DNA from: Nitrospiraceae bacterium
GTDB lineage: Bacteria; Nitrospirota; Nitrospiria; Nitrospirales; Nitrospiraceae
Length of the DNA: 64,000 bases
Direction of reading: 5' to 3'
Assembly: GCA_036004925.1 (NCBI GenBank)
Contig: DASYRC010000063.1
Coordinates: forward strand, 29,970-93,969
Below are positions 8,367 through 18,985 of the stretch, one piece after another; positions within the stretch are counted from its first letter, which is position 1; each line of letters opens with the position of its first letter. A program made the position numbers and the translations under genes. A model generated the notes under the pieces. The model made no database searches, was not told the origin of the DNA, and was given only the letters and a program-made list of their open reading frames with translations.

Positions 8367-9854
8367 TCATTTGAGAGTCAGGACTGATTGGAGAGCGAAG
8401 CTGACGAGAGGGTTGGGAAAGAGGCCGAACAAAATCACGCCCGCGACGGCACAGGCCAACACGAAGGATAACGCTGGCGAGGTCACGAAGCGTGGCTGCG
8501 CGACGGAAGAGGGATTCGGATCGCGCATATACATGACCATCACCACCCGCATGTAGTAGTAGGCCGATACGGCGGCAAAGATCAGGGCGATGGCAGCGAG
8601 CCAGGCCAATCCTGCTTCGACTGCCGCCATGAATACATAGAATTTCCCAATGAAGCCCGCGGTCGGCGGAATACCCGCGAGGGAGCCCATGAAGACCAGC
8701 ATGAGAAAGGCCGCGAGCGGCTGGCGTTTTGCGAGTCCTGTGAAATCCTCAATCTCTTCTCCCTCGACCCCGCCTTTCCTGAGCATGCCAATGACGGCGA
8801 AGGCGCCGAGTGTCATGAATGAATAGAGGGCGAGATAAATCATGATACTCGCAAGACCGGGCGTTCCCCCGGACGCACCGACCCCACGGCCAGCCGCTAC
8901 AAAGCCGATCAACGCGTAACCGGCGTGCGCAATGCTGGAGTAGGCCAGCATCCGTTTGATGTTGGTCTGCACGATGGCGACGACATTGCCGAGCACCAGG
9001 GTGGCAACGGAGATGAGCAGGAACAGAAACGACCAATCTGCCTTAAGTCCGCCGAGTCCTTCGACGAAGACACGCATGAAGGCGGCAAAGCTCGCAGCCT
9101 TTGAGGCCACCGCCATGAAGGCCGTGACGGATGTCGGGGCGCCCTGATAGACATCGGGCGTCCACATATGGAACGGCACCGCCGCGAGTTTAAAGCCGAA
9201 GCCGACTGAAATCAGAATCGTGGCGATCAGTACGAGGGGATCAGCCGCCCCGCGAGTCCCGATGGCGCCTGCGATCGATGCCAGCTTGGTGCTGCCGGCC
9301 AGGCCGTAGAGCAACGAGATGCCGTACAACAGAATCCCCGAGGAGAAGGCGCCCAGGACGAAGTATTTGGCTGCGGCCTCCAATGAGCGAGGCTTAGACC
9401 GGTTGAGCCCGGTCATTACATAGAGCGAGAGGGACATGAGCTCGGTGCCGAGATAAATCGTGAGCAAGTCGGCACCGGAGACCATGACCATCATGCCGGA
9501 GAGGGCGAGGAGGATGAACCCATAGTATTCGCCGAGGTGCACGCGCTCCGCTTTCAAATAGGGCAGCGACATCAAAATGGTCAGGCCGGTCACGCCATAG
9601 AGGAGGATTTTCCAGAATCTGGCATAGGCATCGATCACCACCAGGTCACTGAACGCAGACACCCGGACATTCTGTACGTTGATCTGCCCGCCGGTGAGCC
9701 CAAGACAGAGGGCGAGGGCACCCACACTCAGCCAGGCCAGGAGATCTCGTCGTGAGGCTGGGGTGATGGGGTCCAATGCGATGATGAGACAGGCCGTGAC
9801 GACGATAATGAGCTCGGGAAGCAGGGCCATGAGGTCAGTGCCGTACAGACTCAT
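8367..9854 (-). CDS. nuoN: NADH-quinone oxidoreductase subunit N
   Basis: 495 aa antiporter-like subunit with KRMLAYSSIAHAGYALIG. Last gene of the nuo operon. Its start overlaps the nuoM stop (9851-9854). Confidence 0.9.
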   Translation of the reverse strand: MSLYGTDLMALLPELIIVVTACLIIALDPITPASRRDLLAWLSVGALALCLGLTGGQINVQNVRVSAFSDLVVIDAYARFWKILLYGVTGLTILMSLPYLKAERVHLGEYYGFILLALSGMMVMVSGADLLTIYLGTELMSLSLYVMTGLNRSKPRSLEAAAKYFVLGAFSSGILLYGISLLYGLAGSTKLASIAGAIGTRGAADPLVLIATILISVGFGFKLAAVPFHMWTPDVYQGAPTSVTAFMAVASKAASFAAFMRVFVEGLGGLKADWSFLFLLISVATLVLGNVVAIVQTNIKRMLAYSSIAHAGYALIGFVAAGRGVGASGGTPGLASIMIYLALYSFMTLGAFAVIGMLRKGGVEGEEIEDFTGLAKRQPLAAFLMLVFMGSLAGIPPTAGFIGKFYVFMAAVEAGLAWLAAIALIFAAVSAYYYMRVVMVMYMRDPNPSSVAQPRFVTSPALSFVLACAVAGVILFGLFPNPLVSFALQSVLTLK

Positions 9855-11410
9855 CGCGATGGGCCTTGGGGATTCAGCTGCTCTACACTGTCAGCCAGCA
9901 GTGGCGCTGTCCCTCCGGCAGAGGGGTGGGCGGTCGGCGCAACCTTCGCGCGGGACATGGAGGCAATCGTATTGGTCACGCTCTGGTGCATCCGACTCAC
10001 GAGCGGATTCGGAAAGAGCCCGATCAAAAATATCAGCAGGGCCAGCGGTATCAGCGTGGCGAGTTCCCGTTGGTTGAGGTCCCTGAGCTTCGGGAGGTGG
10101 TGTGGGGATGGGACCCCGAAGACCACTCGCTGGATCATCCATAGGAGATACGTGGCGGCGAGAATGATGCCCAACGACGCAAAGGCGGTCGCGGCCTTGC
10201 TCCATAGGAAGGTGCCGACGAGCACGAGGAATTCTCCGACAAAACTATTGGTGCCAGGGAGGCCGAGGGAGGACAAGGCGAAAATCACCAACAGGGTGGC
10301 ATACTGAGGCATCGGCGCGGCCAATCCAACATTGTCGGCGATCAACCGGCTATGAGTGCGCTCATAGATCATACCGACGCAGAGGAACAGCCCGCCGGTC
10401 GTAATCCCATGGTTGACCATTTGGAGGACGGCTCCTTCGATGCCCTGTTGGTTCAAGACAAACAGGCCCAGGGTGACGAAGCCCATGTGGCTCACGCTCG
10501 AATAGGCAATCAGTTTCTTAAGATCGACTTGGGCCAGCGCCATATAGGCGCCGTAGATGATCGCGATGATCGAGAGAGCGACCATCATGGGCGTGAAAGC
10601 GCGGCTGGCGTCCGGCAGCATCGGTAAACTGAATCGCAGGAATCCATAGGTGCCCATTTTCAGGAGGATGCTGGCGAGGATGACGCTGCCGGCAGTTGGG
10701 GCCTCGACGTGGGCGTCTGGGAGCCAGGTGTGAAACGGAAACATGGGGACTTTCACGGCGAAGGCGGCGAAGAACGCCAGGAAGAGCCACATTTGCAACG
10801 AAGCAGGGTACGAACCCTGGCTTAAGGCGAGGATGTCGAACGTGTGTCCTCCATAAAAGTACAGGACAAGGATGGCAACGAGCAGGAGCAAGCTCCCTGC
10901 GAGGGTGTACAGAAAGAACTTGATGGCCGCATAGAGCCGGTTGGACCCTCCCCAAACGCCGATGAGGAGGTACATCGGAATCAACATCGCCTCCCAAAAC
11001 ACATAGAACAGCACGAAGTCCAACGCGATGAATACCCCCACCATGGCCGCTTCCATGACCAGCACCATGGCCATGAAGCCCCGGACTCTTGTGGTGATCG
11101 CATTCCAGGATACCAAGACACAGAGGGGCATGATCCCGACGGTCATCAAGACCAGCGGTAGGCTGATCCCATCGAGACCCAGGCTGTAGTAAATGGGAGG
11201 GGTCGTGACCCAGGCGACATGTTCGGTGAACTGCATCTGAATGGCCTGTGGATCAAAGAGCCACCAGAGCGGGAGGGCTACAAACAGGTCGGCCAGTGTC
11301 GCGACTAGCGCAATCCATCGAGCGCTCGATTCCGTCGCGAAATACATCGCGATGGCTCCCGCAAGGGGAAGCACGAGGAGGAGTGAGAGCCAGGGAAATG
11401 AACTGGTCAT
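9851..11410 (-). CDS. nuoM: NADH-quinone oxidoreductase subunit M
   Basis: 519 aa antiporter-like subunit with KKLIAYSSVSHMGFVTLG and WLPDAHVEAPTAGSV. Confidence 0.9.
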   Translation of the reverse strand: MTSSFPWLSLLLVLPLAGAIAMYFATESSARWIALVATLADLFVALPLWWLFDPQAIQMQFTEHVAWVTTPPIYYSLGLDGISLPLVLMTVGIMPLCVLVSWNAITTRVRGFMAMVLVMEAAMVGVFIALDFVLFYVFWEAMLIPMYLLIGVWGGSNRLYAAIKFFLYTLAGSLLLLVAILVLYFYGGHTFDILALSQGSYPASLQMWLFLAFFAAFAVKVPMFPFHTWLPDAHVEAPTAGSVILASILLKMGTYGFLRFSLPMLPDASRAFTPMMVALSIIAIIYGAYMALAQVDLKKLIAYSSVSHMGFVTLGLFVLNQQGIEGAVLQMVNHGITTGGLFLCVGMIYERTHSRLIADNVGLAAPMPQYATLLVIFALSSLGLPGTNSFVGEFLVLVGTFLWSKAATAFASLGIILAATYLLWMIQRVVFGVPSPHHLPKLRDLNQRELATLIPLALLIFLIGLFPNPLVSRMHQSVTNTIASMSRAKVAPTAHPSAGGTAPLLADSVEQLNPQGPSR

Positions 11411-11499
11411 CGGCTATTGGTCAATAGGCAATCGGCATTGGCAAGAGGACAGGTGTTCGTTGTTCCCATTGACCAGTGACCGTTCACCATTGACACTCC

Positions 11500-13398
11500 T
11501 TAAAAGAATAAGAACATCGTAAAAAGGACCACAGCCCCCAGTGCCATACCAAGCGCATAATGTTGCGTCTGTCCGCTTTGCATGACCCTCAAGAGCCACC
11601 CTCCCCAGGCGATCGCACGGGCCACGCCGTTCACCGCGCCATCGATCACGTTCACATCCACGCGCTTCCATAGTTCGGTTGCGGCAGAAAAGGTGGGGCG
11701 GACGATCGTTCGGTCGTAGGCCTCGTCGACATACCATTTGTTCAGTGAGGCCTGATACAACGACTGCCACCGTCGAGCGAATTGATCCGGCAGCGCCGGG
11801 TTGAGTACATAGGCATAATAGGCGCCGGCGATCCCAAGTAATCCCAAGCCCGTGGCCACCACCATGATGCCTATGGCGGCTCCTCCCTCATGAGCCGCGC
11901 CGCCTGCGTCTGTCTCGAACATCGGTCCAAGAAACTCCGGAATGCCCAGATAGCCTGTGACGATGCTGAGCGCTGCCAGGACTATCAGCGGCAGGGTCAT
12001 GGTTTTCGAAGGTTCATGTATGTGGGCTGCATAATGAGGGTCGACATGCGAGGGGCCCCAAAACGTGACGAAGACCAGCCGGAAGCTGTAGAACGCCGTC
12101 ATTAACGCAGTCACGAGTCCCAGAATCGTCAAGCATTGACCGAGCGGGCCAGCCGACCAAGCTGAGACAAGCAGGTTGTCCTTGCTAAAGAATCCTGACG
12201 TCAGGGGGAATCCTGCGAGCGCGAGGGAGCCCACCACGAACGTCCAATAGGTGACCGGCAATTTGCCTTTCAACCCGCCCATGCGCCGCATATCCTGCTC
12301 GTGATGCAGGGCGATGATGACGGACCCGCAACCGAGAAACAGGAGGGCTTTGAACGCGCCGTGGGTCAGGAGATGATACATGCCTGCGGCATAGGCGCCG
12401 AGACCACAAGCCATTATCATGTAGCCGAGCTGGCTGACTGTCGAATAGGCTACGACTCGCTTGATGTCGGTCTGGGTTAAGGCGATGGTCGCCCCAACGA
12501 CCATCGTCACTCCGCCGGTGATCGCCACGACCGCCATGGCGACGGGAGACAGGTTATACAGCGGAGCCAATCGCGCGACCATGAACACGCCCGCCGTGAC
12601 CATCGTCGCAGCATGAATGAGCGCCGAGATGGGGGTGGGGCCTTCCATCGCATCCGGCAGCCAGACATGGAGCGGCACTTGGGCCGATTTGCCCACTGCA
12701 CCGGTGAACAATAAGACGCAGATGAGTGTGAGCACGGAAACGTGCCAGGTTCCTCCAAACGGACCGAGGACATTCATGACGTCGCCTGCGGACTCGTGCG
12801 CGCGGGCAAACATTTCATAATAGTCAAGTGATCCAAAGCTGGACCAGACCAACAGGAGGCCGAGCATGAAGCCGAAGTCGCCGACGCGGTTGACGATGAA
12901 GGCCTTGGTGGCGGCGGAGCAGGCAGCCGGCCGCTCGTACCAGTGGCCGATGAGCAAATAGGAGCAGAGACCGACTGCTTCCCAGAAGATGAAGAGTTGA
13001 AGCAGGTTGTCCGCCATGACCAACATCAGCATCGAGAAGGTAAAGAGGGCGATGTAGCTGAAAAAGCGGGCATAGCCAGGATCTCCGCGCATGTATCCGA
13101 TAGTATAGATGTGGACGAGCGAACTGACGGTTGTGACCAGGAGCAACATCACAGCGGTCAGCCGGTCGATAGAAAAGCCGATGTGAATATTGAGCATGCC
13201 CGAGGTTAGCCAGGTGTAGAGAGTGAAGCTCGTCTGGTGGCCGCCTGCCACGTCGAAGAAGACCAAGAGCGAGAGCAGCAACGACACGACTACCGCTGGT
13301 ACGGCGACGAGATGGGCCTTGTCCTTGATCCAATGTCCGAAGATCCCGAGAATCAGGAACGACACCAACGGAAGGAGCGGAATGAATTCGTAGGTCAT
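11500..13398 (-). CDS. nuoL: NADH-quinone oxidoreductase subunit L
   Basis: 632 aa with WLPDAMEGPTPISALIHAATMV and DIKRVVAYSTVSQLGYM, plus the long C-terminal extension typical of NuoL. Confidence 0.9.
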   Translation of the reverse strand: MTYEFIPLLPLVSFLILGIFGHWIKDKAHLVAVPAVVVSLLLSLLVFFDVAGGHQTSFTLYTWLTSGMLNIHIGFSIDRLTAVMLLLVTTVSSLVHIYTIGYMRGDPGYARFFSYIALFTFSMLMLVMADNLLQLFIFWEAVGLCSYLLIGHWYERPAACSAATKAFIVNRVGDFGFMLGLLLVWSSFGSLDYYEMFARAHESAGDVMNVLGPFGGTWHVSVLTLICVLLFTGAVGKSAQVPLHVWLPDAMEGPTPISALIHAATMVTAGVFMVARLAPLYNLSPVAMAVVAITGGVTMVVGATIALTQTDIKRVVAYSTVSQLGYMIMACGLGAYAAGMYHLLTHGAFKALLFLGCGSVIIALHHEQDMRRMGGLKGKLPVTYWTFVVGSLALAGFPLTSGFFSKDNLLVSAWSAGPLGQCLTILGLVTALMTAFYSFRLVFVTFWGPSHVDPHYAAHIHEPSKTMTLPLIVLAALSIVTGYLGIPEFLGPMFETDAGGAAHEGGAAIGIMVVATGLGLLGIAGAYYAYVLNPALPDQFARRWQSLYQASLNKWYVDEAYDRTIVRPTFSAATELWKRVDVNVIDGAVNGVARAIAWGGWLLRVMQSGQTQHYALGMALGAVVLFTMFLFF

Positions 13399-13513
13399 CA
13401 GAAATCGCTTCTCGTCGTTCGTCGCTCGTGAATCCCCAGTGATGAGCCGTATCCCAATACACGTACTCCGTCAGTCGCGAACGACGCTTCACGTTTCGCG
13501 AAACACGGTTTGC

Positions 13514-13819
13514 TCACCATTTCAGCAACTGAAATTCGTCGATGTTGATCGTGGACTTGGCTCGATACAAGGCAATGATGATGGCCAACCCGACCGCGAC
13601 CTCTGCCGCGGCGACCGTGAGGGCAAAGAAGACGAAGACTTGCCCTGCGACATTGTGAAGGTACTGCGAAAAGGCGACGAAGTTGATATTCGTCGCATTC
13701 AACATCAATTCGACCGACAGCAAGATGATGATGATGTTCCGACGAAGGAGAACTCCGATGACTCCGGTCAGGAACACGATGCCGCTCAGCACGAGATAGT
13801 AGGACAATGGGACCGTCAT
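13514..13819 (-). CDS. nuoK: NADH-quinone oxidoreductase subunit K
   Basis: 101 aa, three TM segments, [15 protein letters not shown] motif. Overlaps the nuoJ stop by 4 nt. Confidence 0.9.
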   Translation of the reverse strand: MTVPLSYYLVLSGIVFLTGVIGVLLRRNIIIILLSVELMLNATNINFVAFSQYLHNVAGQVFVFFALTVAAAEVAVGLAIIIALYRAKSTINIDEFQLLKW

Positions 13820-14337
13820 GACTCCGTAGGCTCCCCCAGGTCTTTCTTGGCCAGGATGATCGCGCCGATCATCGCCACGAGCAGAATCAAGGACGCCACC
13901 TCGAAGGGAAACAAATAGGTGGAATAGAGCACGTCACCGATCGTCCCGGCATTGCTGGTTCCCTCGACGGTAGTCTCTGTGCCGGTTGCCACGACAGGGG
14001 TTGTCCAGCCCTTCATCGCCGTAAGGATGACGGCCTCGATGACTATCGTCAGTCCCACCGCGGCAGCCATGGGCCATTGCCGATGGTAACGATCATCATG
14101 TCGCAGGTTCAGCAACATCACGACGAAGAGATAGAGGACCAGGATGGCGCCGGCGTAGACGATGATTTGAACGGCTGCGAGGAACTCCGCGTGGAGCGTG
14201 ACGAAGAGCCCCGCTACGTGAAAAAACATGATCAGCAGCGCCAGCGCACTGTAGATAGGATTGCGCGCCGCGACGACGAGCACCGATGCGACGGCGATCA
14301 CACATGCAAAATAGAAAAAAAACACCTGTTCCATCAC
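13816..14337 (-). CDS. nuoJ: NADH-quinone oxidoreductase subunit J
   Basis: 173 aa hydrophobic protein in the conserved nuoI-J-K position. [20 protein letters not shown] is typical of NuoJ. Confidence 0.85.
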   Translation of the reverse strand: MMEQVFFFYFACVIAVASVLVVAARNPIYSALALLIMFFHVAGLFVTLHAEFLAAVQIIVYAGAILVLYLFVVMLLNLRHDDRYHRQWPMAAAVGLTIVIEAVILTAMKGWTTPVVATGTETTVEGTSNAGTIGDVLYSTYLFPFEVASLILLVAMIGAIILAKKDLGEPTES

Positions 14338-14417
14338 ACGTCTTCCTCTGTGCCACTAGCAGGATTCCGGCACAGTCTGCCGGCCCCACAGACCGTGGCG
14401 CGTCATGCGCAGGCGAT

Positions 14418-14957
14418 TCAGTCGGGTTTTTGCGGCAGGTGCTTGAATGCGACGTTGAAGAACGCCACATTCGGGTGTTGGAGCTCCAACTGCTTCTCGC
14501 GAACGGGGAACGACCGGTCGCCGATGGCGAGCAATTGTTCCTTGTTGAGGTGCAGTTGCCGCTTATCGTACACCGACCACTCGTATTCGCGGGTCATGCC
14601 GAGGGCATCCACCGGACAGGCATCGACGCACATCCCGCAAAATAGGCAGCGGGTCATGTCCATGTAATATTCTTTCGAGTAGCGCTTCGTCGGCTCGCCC
14701 GGCACTTCCGCGCTGACCACGCGAATCACCCGAGACGGGCAGGCGGCTTCGCACAGGTCGCAGCCGACACATTTTTCCGTCCCGTCGTCGTACCGCAACA
14801 GGGCCAGCATCCCGCGATAGTTGTCCGGCAGCGTCCGCTTTTCATGCGGGTATTGCAGGGTGCTTGGCCGATAGTGCAACAGGTGCGACATCGTGGCTTT
14901 CATCCCGACGAGGATTTCGTAGAAGGTGATGGTCTTGATCCAATGTTTGAATGTCAT
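14418..14957 (-). CDS. nuoI: NADH-quinone oxidoreductase subunit I (2x[4Fe-4S])
   Basis: Two ferredoxin motifs, CVGCDLCEAACP and CLFCGMCVDACP. The track ORF starts at 15059, but its first 34 codons translate the GGTTTGT-word repeat. I use the ATG at 14957 (MTFKHWIKTITFYE). Confidence 0.85.
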   Translation of the reverse strand: MTFKHWIKTITFYEILVGMKATMSHLLHYRPSTLQYPHEKRTLPDNYRGMLALLRYDDGTEKCVGCDLCEAACPSRVIRVVSAEVPGEPTKRYSKEYYMDMTRCLFCGMCVDACPVDALGMTREYEWSVYDKRQLHLNKEQLLAIGDRSFPVREKQLELQHPNVAFFNVAFKHLPQKPD

Positions 14958-14960
14958 GTT

Positions 14961-15073
14961 GCTCTGGTCTACTTGTTCGTCTGGTTTATTTGGTGGTTCT
15001 GTTTTGTTTAGTTGATTTCGATGTCTGTGCCCTCTGGCCAATGCAGTGAAGCACACCAACCAAACCAGATAAC
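14961..15073. repeat. GGTTTGT-word hairpin repeat, copy 2B, inside the nuoH-nuoI spacer
   Basis: T/G-rich arm CTCTGGTCTACTTGTTCGTCTGGTTTATTTGGTGGTTCTGTTTTGTTTAGTTG. The complementary tail, after a loop, is CACCAACCAAACCAGATAACC. Confidence 0.75.
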
Positions 15074-15078
15074 CTGTT

Positions 15079-16194
15079 TCAGCCTCTCGGAAATAAATAC
15101 ACGGCGATAGCCGTAACGACGATGTTGGCCAGCGCGATCGGCAACATGACCTTCCAACCGAACCGCATCAATTGATCATAGCGCAGTCGGGGCAACGTGG
15201 CGCGTATCCAGATGAACAGGAAGAGGAAAAAATAGACTTTAGCCGCAAACCAGGCGATGTGTTCCACCCAGGCCAGCTGTTCGAAGCCGACATACTCGAA
15301 GATCGTGCCAGGATAGGGGGCGTTCCAGCCACCCAAGAACAACGAGGCGGCGACGCAGGACACGAGGGTCATGCTGGCATATTCAGCGCTGACGAAGAAA
15401 GCAAACCGCATTCCGCTATATTCCGTAAAGAATCCAGCCACGAGTTCGCTTTCTGCCTCCGGCAGATCGAACGGGATACGATTGGTCTCGGCCACGGCAG
15501 AAATGATGAAGACGACAAAGGCAAAGATTTGGGTATGTATCGGAAAGAATCCGTCGGGGCGTGCTCCCCAGATGAACCAATGCCAGAATCCGCCTGCCTG
15601 GGCTTCTGTGATCTCCACGAGGCTCAGAGATCCTGACAATAGCAGCACGCCGACGATGGCCAGCCCGACGTTCAACTCGTAGCTGATGACCTGGGCCGCG
15701 GCGCGCAAGCCCCCCAGCAGTGAATACTTGCTATTGGATGCCCAGCCTCCCAGGATGATGCCGTAGGCGCCGATCGAGGCAATCGCCAGGATATACAAAA
15801 TTCCGATATTGATGTCGGCGACGACGAACGGTTTGATTGTGATCCCGAAGATGTCCATGGTGATGTTCGGACCAAACGGGATGACGGCGAATCCGATCAT
15901 GGAGACGACCATGGTCAACATCGGCGCCAAGGCGAACATGGCCTTGTTCGCCCCAGCCGGCGTGATGTCCTCTTTGAAGAACAATTTGATGCCGTCGGCG
16001 ACCGGTTGGAGGATTCCATAGGGACCGACTTCCATCGGGCCCATGCGATCCTGCATCCAGCCGAGCACCTTCCGCTCGAAATAGGTCATGGTCGCGACCG
16101 TTACCATCACGATGCTCATCTCCGCCAGTATCTGGGCGAGCGAAGCTGCAAGTCGCAAGCTTAGTTCAGTCACGACAACACTCCAGGATGACAA
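15079..16194 (-). CDS. nuoH: NADH-quinone oxidoreductase subunit H
   Basis: 371 aa. FDLPEAESELVAGFFTEYSGMRFA is the NuoH/ND1 signature. Confidence 0.9.
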   Translation of the reverse strand: MSSWSVVVTELSLRLAASLAQILAEMSIVMVTVATMTYFERKVLGWMQDRMGPMEVGPYGILQPVADGIKLFFKEDITPAGANKAMFALAPMLTMVVSMIGFAVIPFGPNITMDIFGITIKPFVVADINIGILYILAIASIGAYGIILGGWASNSKYSLLGGLRAAAQVISYELNVGLAIVGVLLLSGSLSLVEITEAQAGGFWHWFIWGARPDGFFPIHTQIFAFVVFIISAVAETNRIPFDLPEAESELVAGFFTEYSGMRFAFFVSAEYASMTLVSCVAASLFLGGWNAPYPGTIFEYVGFEQLAWVEHIAWFAAKVYFFLFLFIWIRATLPRLRYDQLMRFGWKVMLPIALANIVVTAIAVYLFPRG

Positions 16195-16221
16195 ATGAAA
16201 AACCCATTGGTTCTCGACTGC

Positions 16222-18891
16222 TCACGGTGCTTTCGCCACCGACACTGACGTTGTCCGACAGGATGGGACTTTCGTGTCCGGATCGATGACACAGTCAAAG
16301 AGGTGCAGGGCCTCTTGCGCAAAGTGATCGGGGAGCCAGGCCAATCCCTCGGGCACGCGATCGAGCACTTTCACCGTGGTCGTGAACTCTCCCCGGCTGT
16401 TCGAGAGACGTGCTCGATCCCCAGTGTCGAGGGCGAATCGAGTGGCATCCACGGGATTCATCTGTAGGAGCCCGCTCGGTTCGATCTGCAGCAGTCCCTT
16501 CGAATGGGTCGACAGCTTCCCTGAATGGAACAGGCTCTGAACCAGCCCAAGCTGGACCGTTCCATCAGGACGCACGTCTCGCGCGGGTAGAGTATAACGA
16601 GTTGCAAAGTTGTGACGATATCCCTCGTTCACGTATCGGTCGACAGCGGCAGGATCCACTACGGGAGGGATCGGCGATGGGCCGAGAGATCCGTAACCGG
16701 GAATCACCGCCCGGATCTCTTTGAGGATTTCCTTGGCCTCGTTGTATTCCAACGGCGCGCCGAGGAAGACCGAGAGGGCCGATAGGATTTCCCAGTCGGG
16801 GCGGCTGTCCCCCACCGGATCGATCGCGGGCCGAACGACCTGGACATAGCCCTCGGTATTGGTAAAGGTTCCGGCTTTTTCCATGGCGGAGGCTGCCGGG
16901 AGCACCACATGGGCGAGCGCAGCCGTTTCCGTGAGAAATAGTTCCTGGCACACAAGGAGATCGAGTTTGCCCAGCGCCTCTTTGACTCCGGTCTGGGGTG
17001 GAAGGCTCCCGACAGGATTTTCTCCGATGATGAAGAGGCTCTTGATGGTCCCGGCTTGCGCACAGTCGATCATCTCGATGAGTGTAGCTCCTGCTGCCAG
17101 AGGAAGTTCCTCTTTCCAGGCATGAGTCATCTGGGCGCGCGCTTCCTGATCGGTGAGGTCGAGCGCGCCCGGCAGCAGTTCCGCGACCGCTCCCATTTCA
17201 ACCGCCCCTTGATCGTTATTCTCTTCCGCCAAGGGAGCAAAGCCGCAGCCCTGTGCGGTTAACTTTCCGGACAAGAGAAGCAGATCCAGGAGATTGAGAC
17301 AGGTGCCATAGCCACCTTGGCTACGTAATAGGGTCTGGCCGGCCAGCGCCACGACACGGCGTCCTCCAGCCACGGAGGCAGCCATGTGAGCGAACGATTC
17401 ACGCGATATCCCTGTGCTCAGGGCCAGATCGTTCCAGGCCAGTTGCTGGAGCGCTTGAGAAACGGCCGAGACATAGTGTGATGCCTGTTGGCGGAGCGTA
17501 CTGTCGATATGGTTTCCCTCAACCACCGCTTTCAATAGGCCCAGGACGGCTGCGCCGAACTGGGACGGTGCCACACAGAGATGTTGCTGCGACAGGTTGC
17601 TAATATTGCTGATCGTGCCGATCGCAGGCTGGATTGCCTCGATCGTCAACAATGTCGCTTCATGTTTCTTGACGGCCTCTTTGACCTTGAGGCCGGTAAT
17701 CGGATTGGCTTCGGTGATGTTGGTGCCGACCAGGAGGAGCACGTCCGCTTGCGTGATGTCCTCAAACTTCACGGTCCAGCGATGCGTTCCTTGTACCTGT
17801 CGCATGGCCTGCACCCCATTGACATGGCCGTATCGCGCGCTGCTATCGAGGTTATTGGTCCCGATCGTGAGACGCATGAACTTCTGGAACAGATAGAGTT
17901 CTTCGTTGGTACAGCGGCCGGAAATCAGTCCGCCGAAGGCTTGCGGGCCATGCGCTAACTTGAGTCGTTTGGTCTGTTCGGCCACAAACTCCAATACCTC
18001 TTCCCACGTGGCTTCGACCAGCGCGCCGTTCCGTCTGATCAACGGATGAGTCACTCGGCTGGGATGGCTCGTCGCGTGAAATCCAAAAAACCCACGCGCG
18101 CACAGATCGCCGTTGTTCCGACCGGCACCCTGGGCGCTGTTCACCTCGATCAACTCCTGGTCCTTGGTTTGGACCGTGATCTGGCAGCCGTCGCCGCAAA
18201 AGGTGCAGACTGTATCGGCGCGTTTGAGCATCCAGGGACGGTATTCGTACATCGAGAGCCGGCTGGTGATGGCACCGACCGGGCAAATCTGCACGCAGCC
18301 GCCGCAGAACTCACAGTCCAAGGGATGGGCGCCGAAGTGCTTAATCTCGGTCATGGTGCCTCGCCCGCTCGGGGCGAGGGCCTTCACGTCCATCACCTCG
18401 TCGCAGTAGCGGACGCAACGCAAACATTGCACGCAACGGTTCATCTGCGTTTCGATAAGAGGGCTGAAATATTCCTTCTGGAAAATGCGCTTGGTTTCGA
18501 CAAATCGACTGGCAGTCGCGGTGTATTCATGGGAAAAATCCTGGAGATCGCACTTCCCGCCTTGATCACAGACCGGGCAATCCAACGGATGATTGGCCAG
18601 GATGAATTCGAGCACCGACTTGTGGGCGTTGTGAACGACCGTCGTGGCGGTCCGAACAGCCATGCCCTCGGTTGCCACGGTGCTGCAGGAAGTCTGGAGT
18701 TTCGGCATCTTTTCGACTTCGACCAGGCACATGCGACAGTTCGCATCCGGCTTGAGTTTCGGATGGTAGCAGAAGTGCGGGACCATCACGCCGACCAGGC
18801 GAGCGGCTTCGATCACCAGTGTGCCTTTCGGCACCGAGATGGGAATGCCGTCGATCGTCAAGCGAACGGTTTCTGTTGTGGTGCTAGGCAT
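16222..18891 (-). CDS. nuoG: NADH-quinone oxidoreductase subunit G (long, molybdopterin-domain form)
   Basis: 889 aa. N-terminal 2Fe-2S and 4Fe-4S Cys clusters (CYHPKLKPDANCRMCLVEV, HPLDCPVCDQGGKCDLQ, CVQCLRCVRYC, CEFCGGCVQICPVGA). Confidence 0.9.
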   Translation of the reverse strand: MPSTTTETVRLTIDGIPISVPKGTLVIEAARLVGVMVPHFCYHPKLKPDANCRMCLVEVEKMPKLQTSCSTVATEGMAVRTATTVVHNAHKSVLEFILANHPLDCPVCDQGGKCDLQDFSHEYTATASRFVETKRIFQKEYFSPLIETQMNRCVQCLRCVRYCDEVMDVKALAPSGRGTMTEIKHFGAHPLDCEFCGGCVQICPVGAITSRLSMYEYRPWMLKRADTVCTFCGDGCQITVQTKDQELIEVNSAQGAGRNNGDLCARGFFGFHATSHPSRVTHPLIRRNGALVEATWEEVLEFVAEQTKRLKLAHGPQAFGGLISGRCTNEELYLFQKFMRLTIGTNNLDSSARYGHVNGVQAMRQVQGTHRWTVKFEDITQADVLLLVGTNITEANPITGLKVKEAVKKHEATLLTIEAIQPAIGTISNISNLSQQHLCVAPSQFGAAVLGLLKAVVEGNHIDSTLRQQASHYVSAVSQALQQLAWNDLALSTGISRESFAHMAASVAGGRRVVALAGQTLLRSQGGYGTCLNLLDLLLLSGKLTAQGCGFAPLAEENNDQGAVEMGAVAELLPGALDLTDQEARAQMTHAWKEELPLAAGATLIEMIDCAQAGTIKSLFIIGENPVGSLPPQTGVKEALGKLDLLVCQELFLTETAALAHVVLPAASAMEKAGTFTNTEGYVQVVRPAIDPVGDSRPDWEILSALSVFLGAPLEYNEAKEILKEIRAVIPGYGSLGPSPIPPVVDPAAVDRYVNEGYRHNFATRYTLPARDVRPDGTVQLGLVQSLFHSGKLSTHSKGLLQIEPSGLLQMNPVDATRFALDTGDRARLSNSRGEFTTTVKVLDRVPEGLAWLPDHFAQEALHLFDCVIDPDTKVPSCRTTSVSVAKAP

Positions 18892-18985
18892 GGTTAAAAT
18901 TGAATCATTGAGTCATTGACGATTGTTTCATTGTCTGATCGGGGCAATGAGTCACTGGTTCCATGGTGCAATCGTCAATCCAGGA

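Noticed and set aside
13493-13504. Perfect 12-bp palindrome GTTTCGCGAAAC in the nuoK-nuoL spacer, resembling parS half-sites.
   Set aside because: It lacks the central CACGTG core (two bases shorter than parS) and sits among other word-type repeats. It is more likely part of the spacer hairpin than a ParB site.
14958-15059. N-terminal 34 codons of the track ORF for nuoI (MVCFTALARGHRHRNQLNKTEPPNKPDEQVDQSN).
   Set aside because: This stretch is the translation of the GGTTTGT-word repeat in the nuoH-nuoI spacer. The conserved NuoI sequence starts at the internal ATG at 14957.
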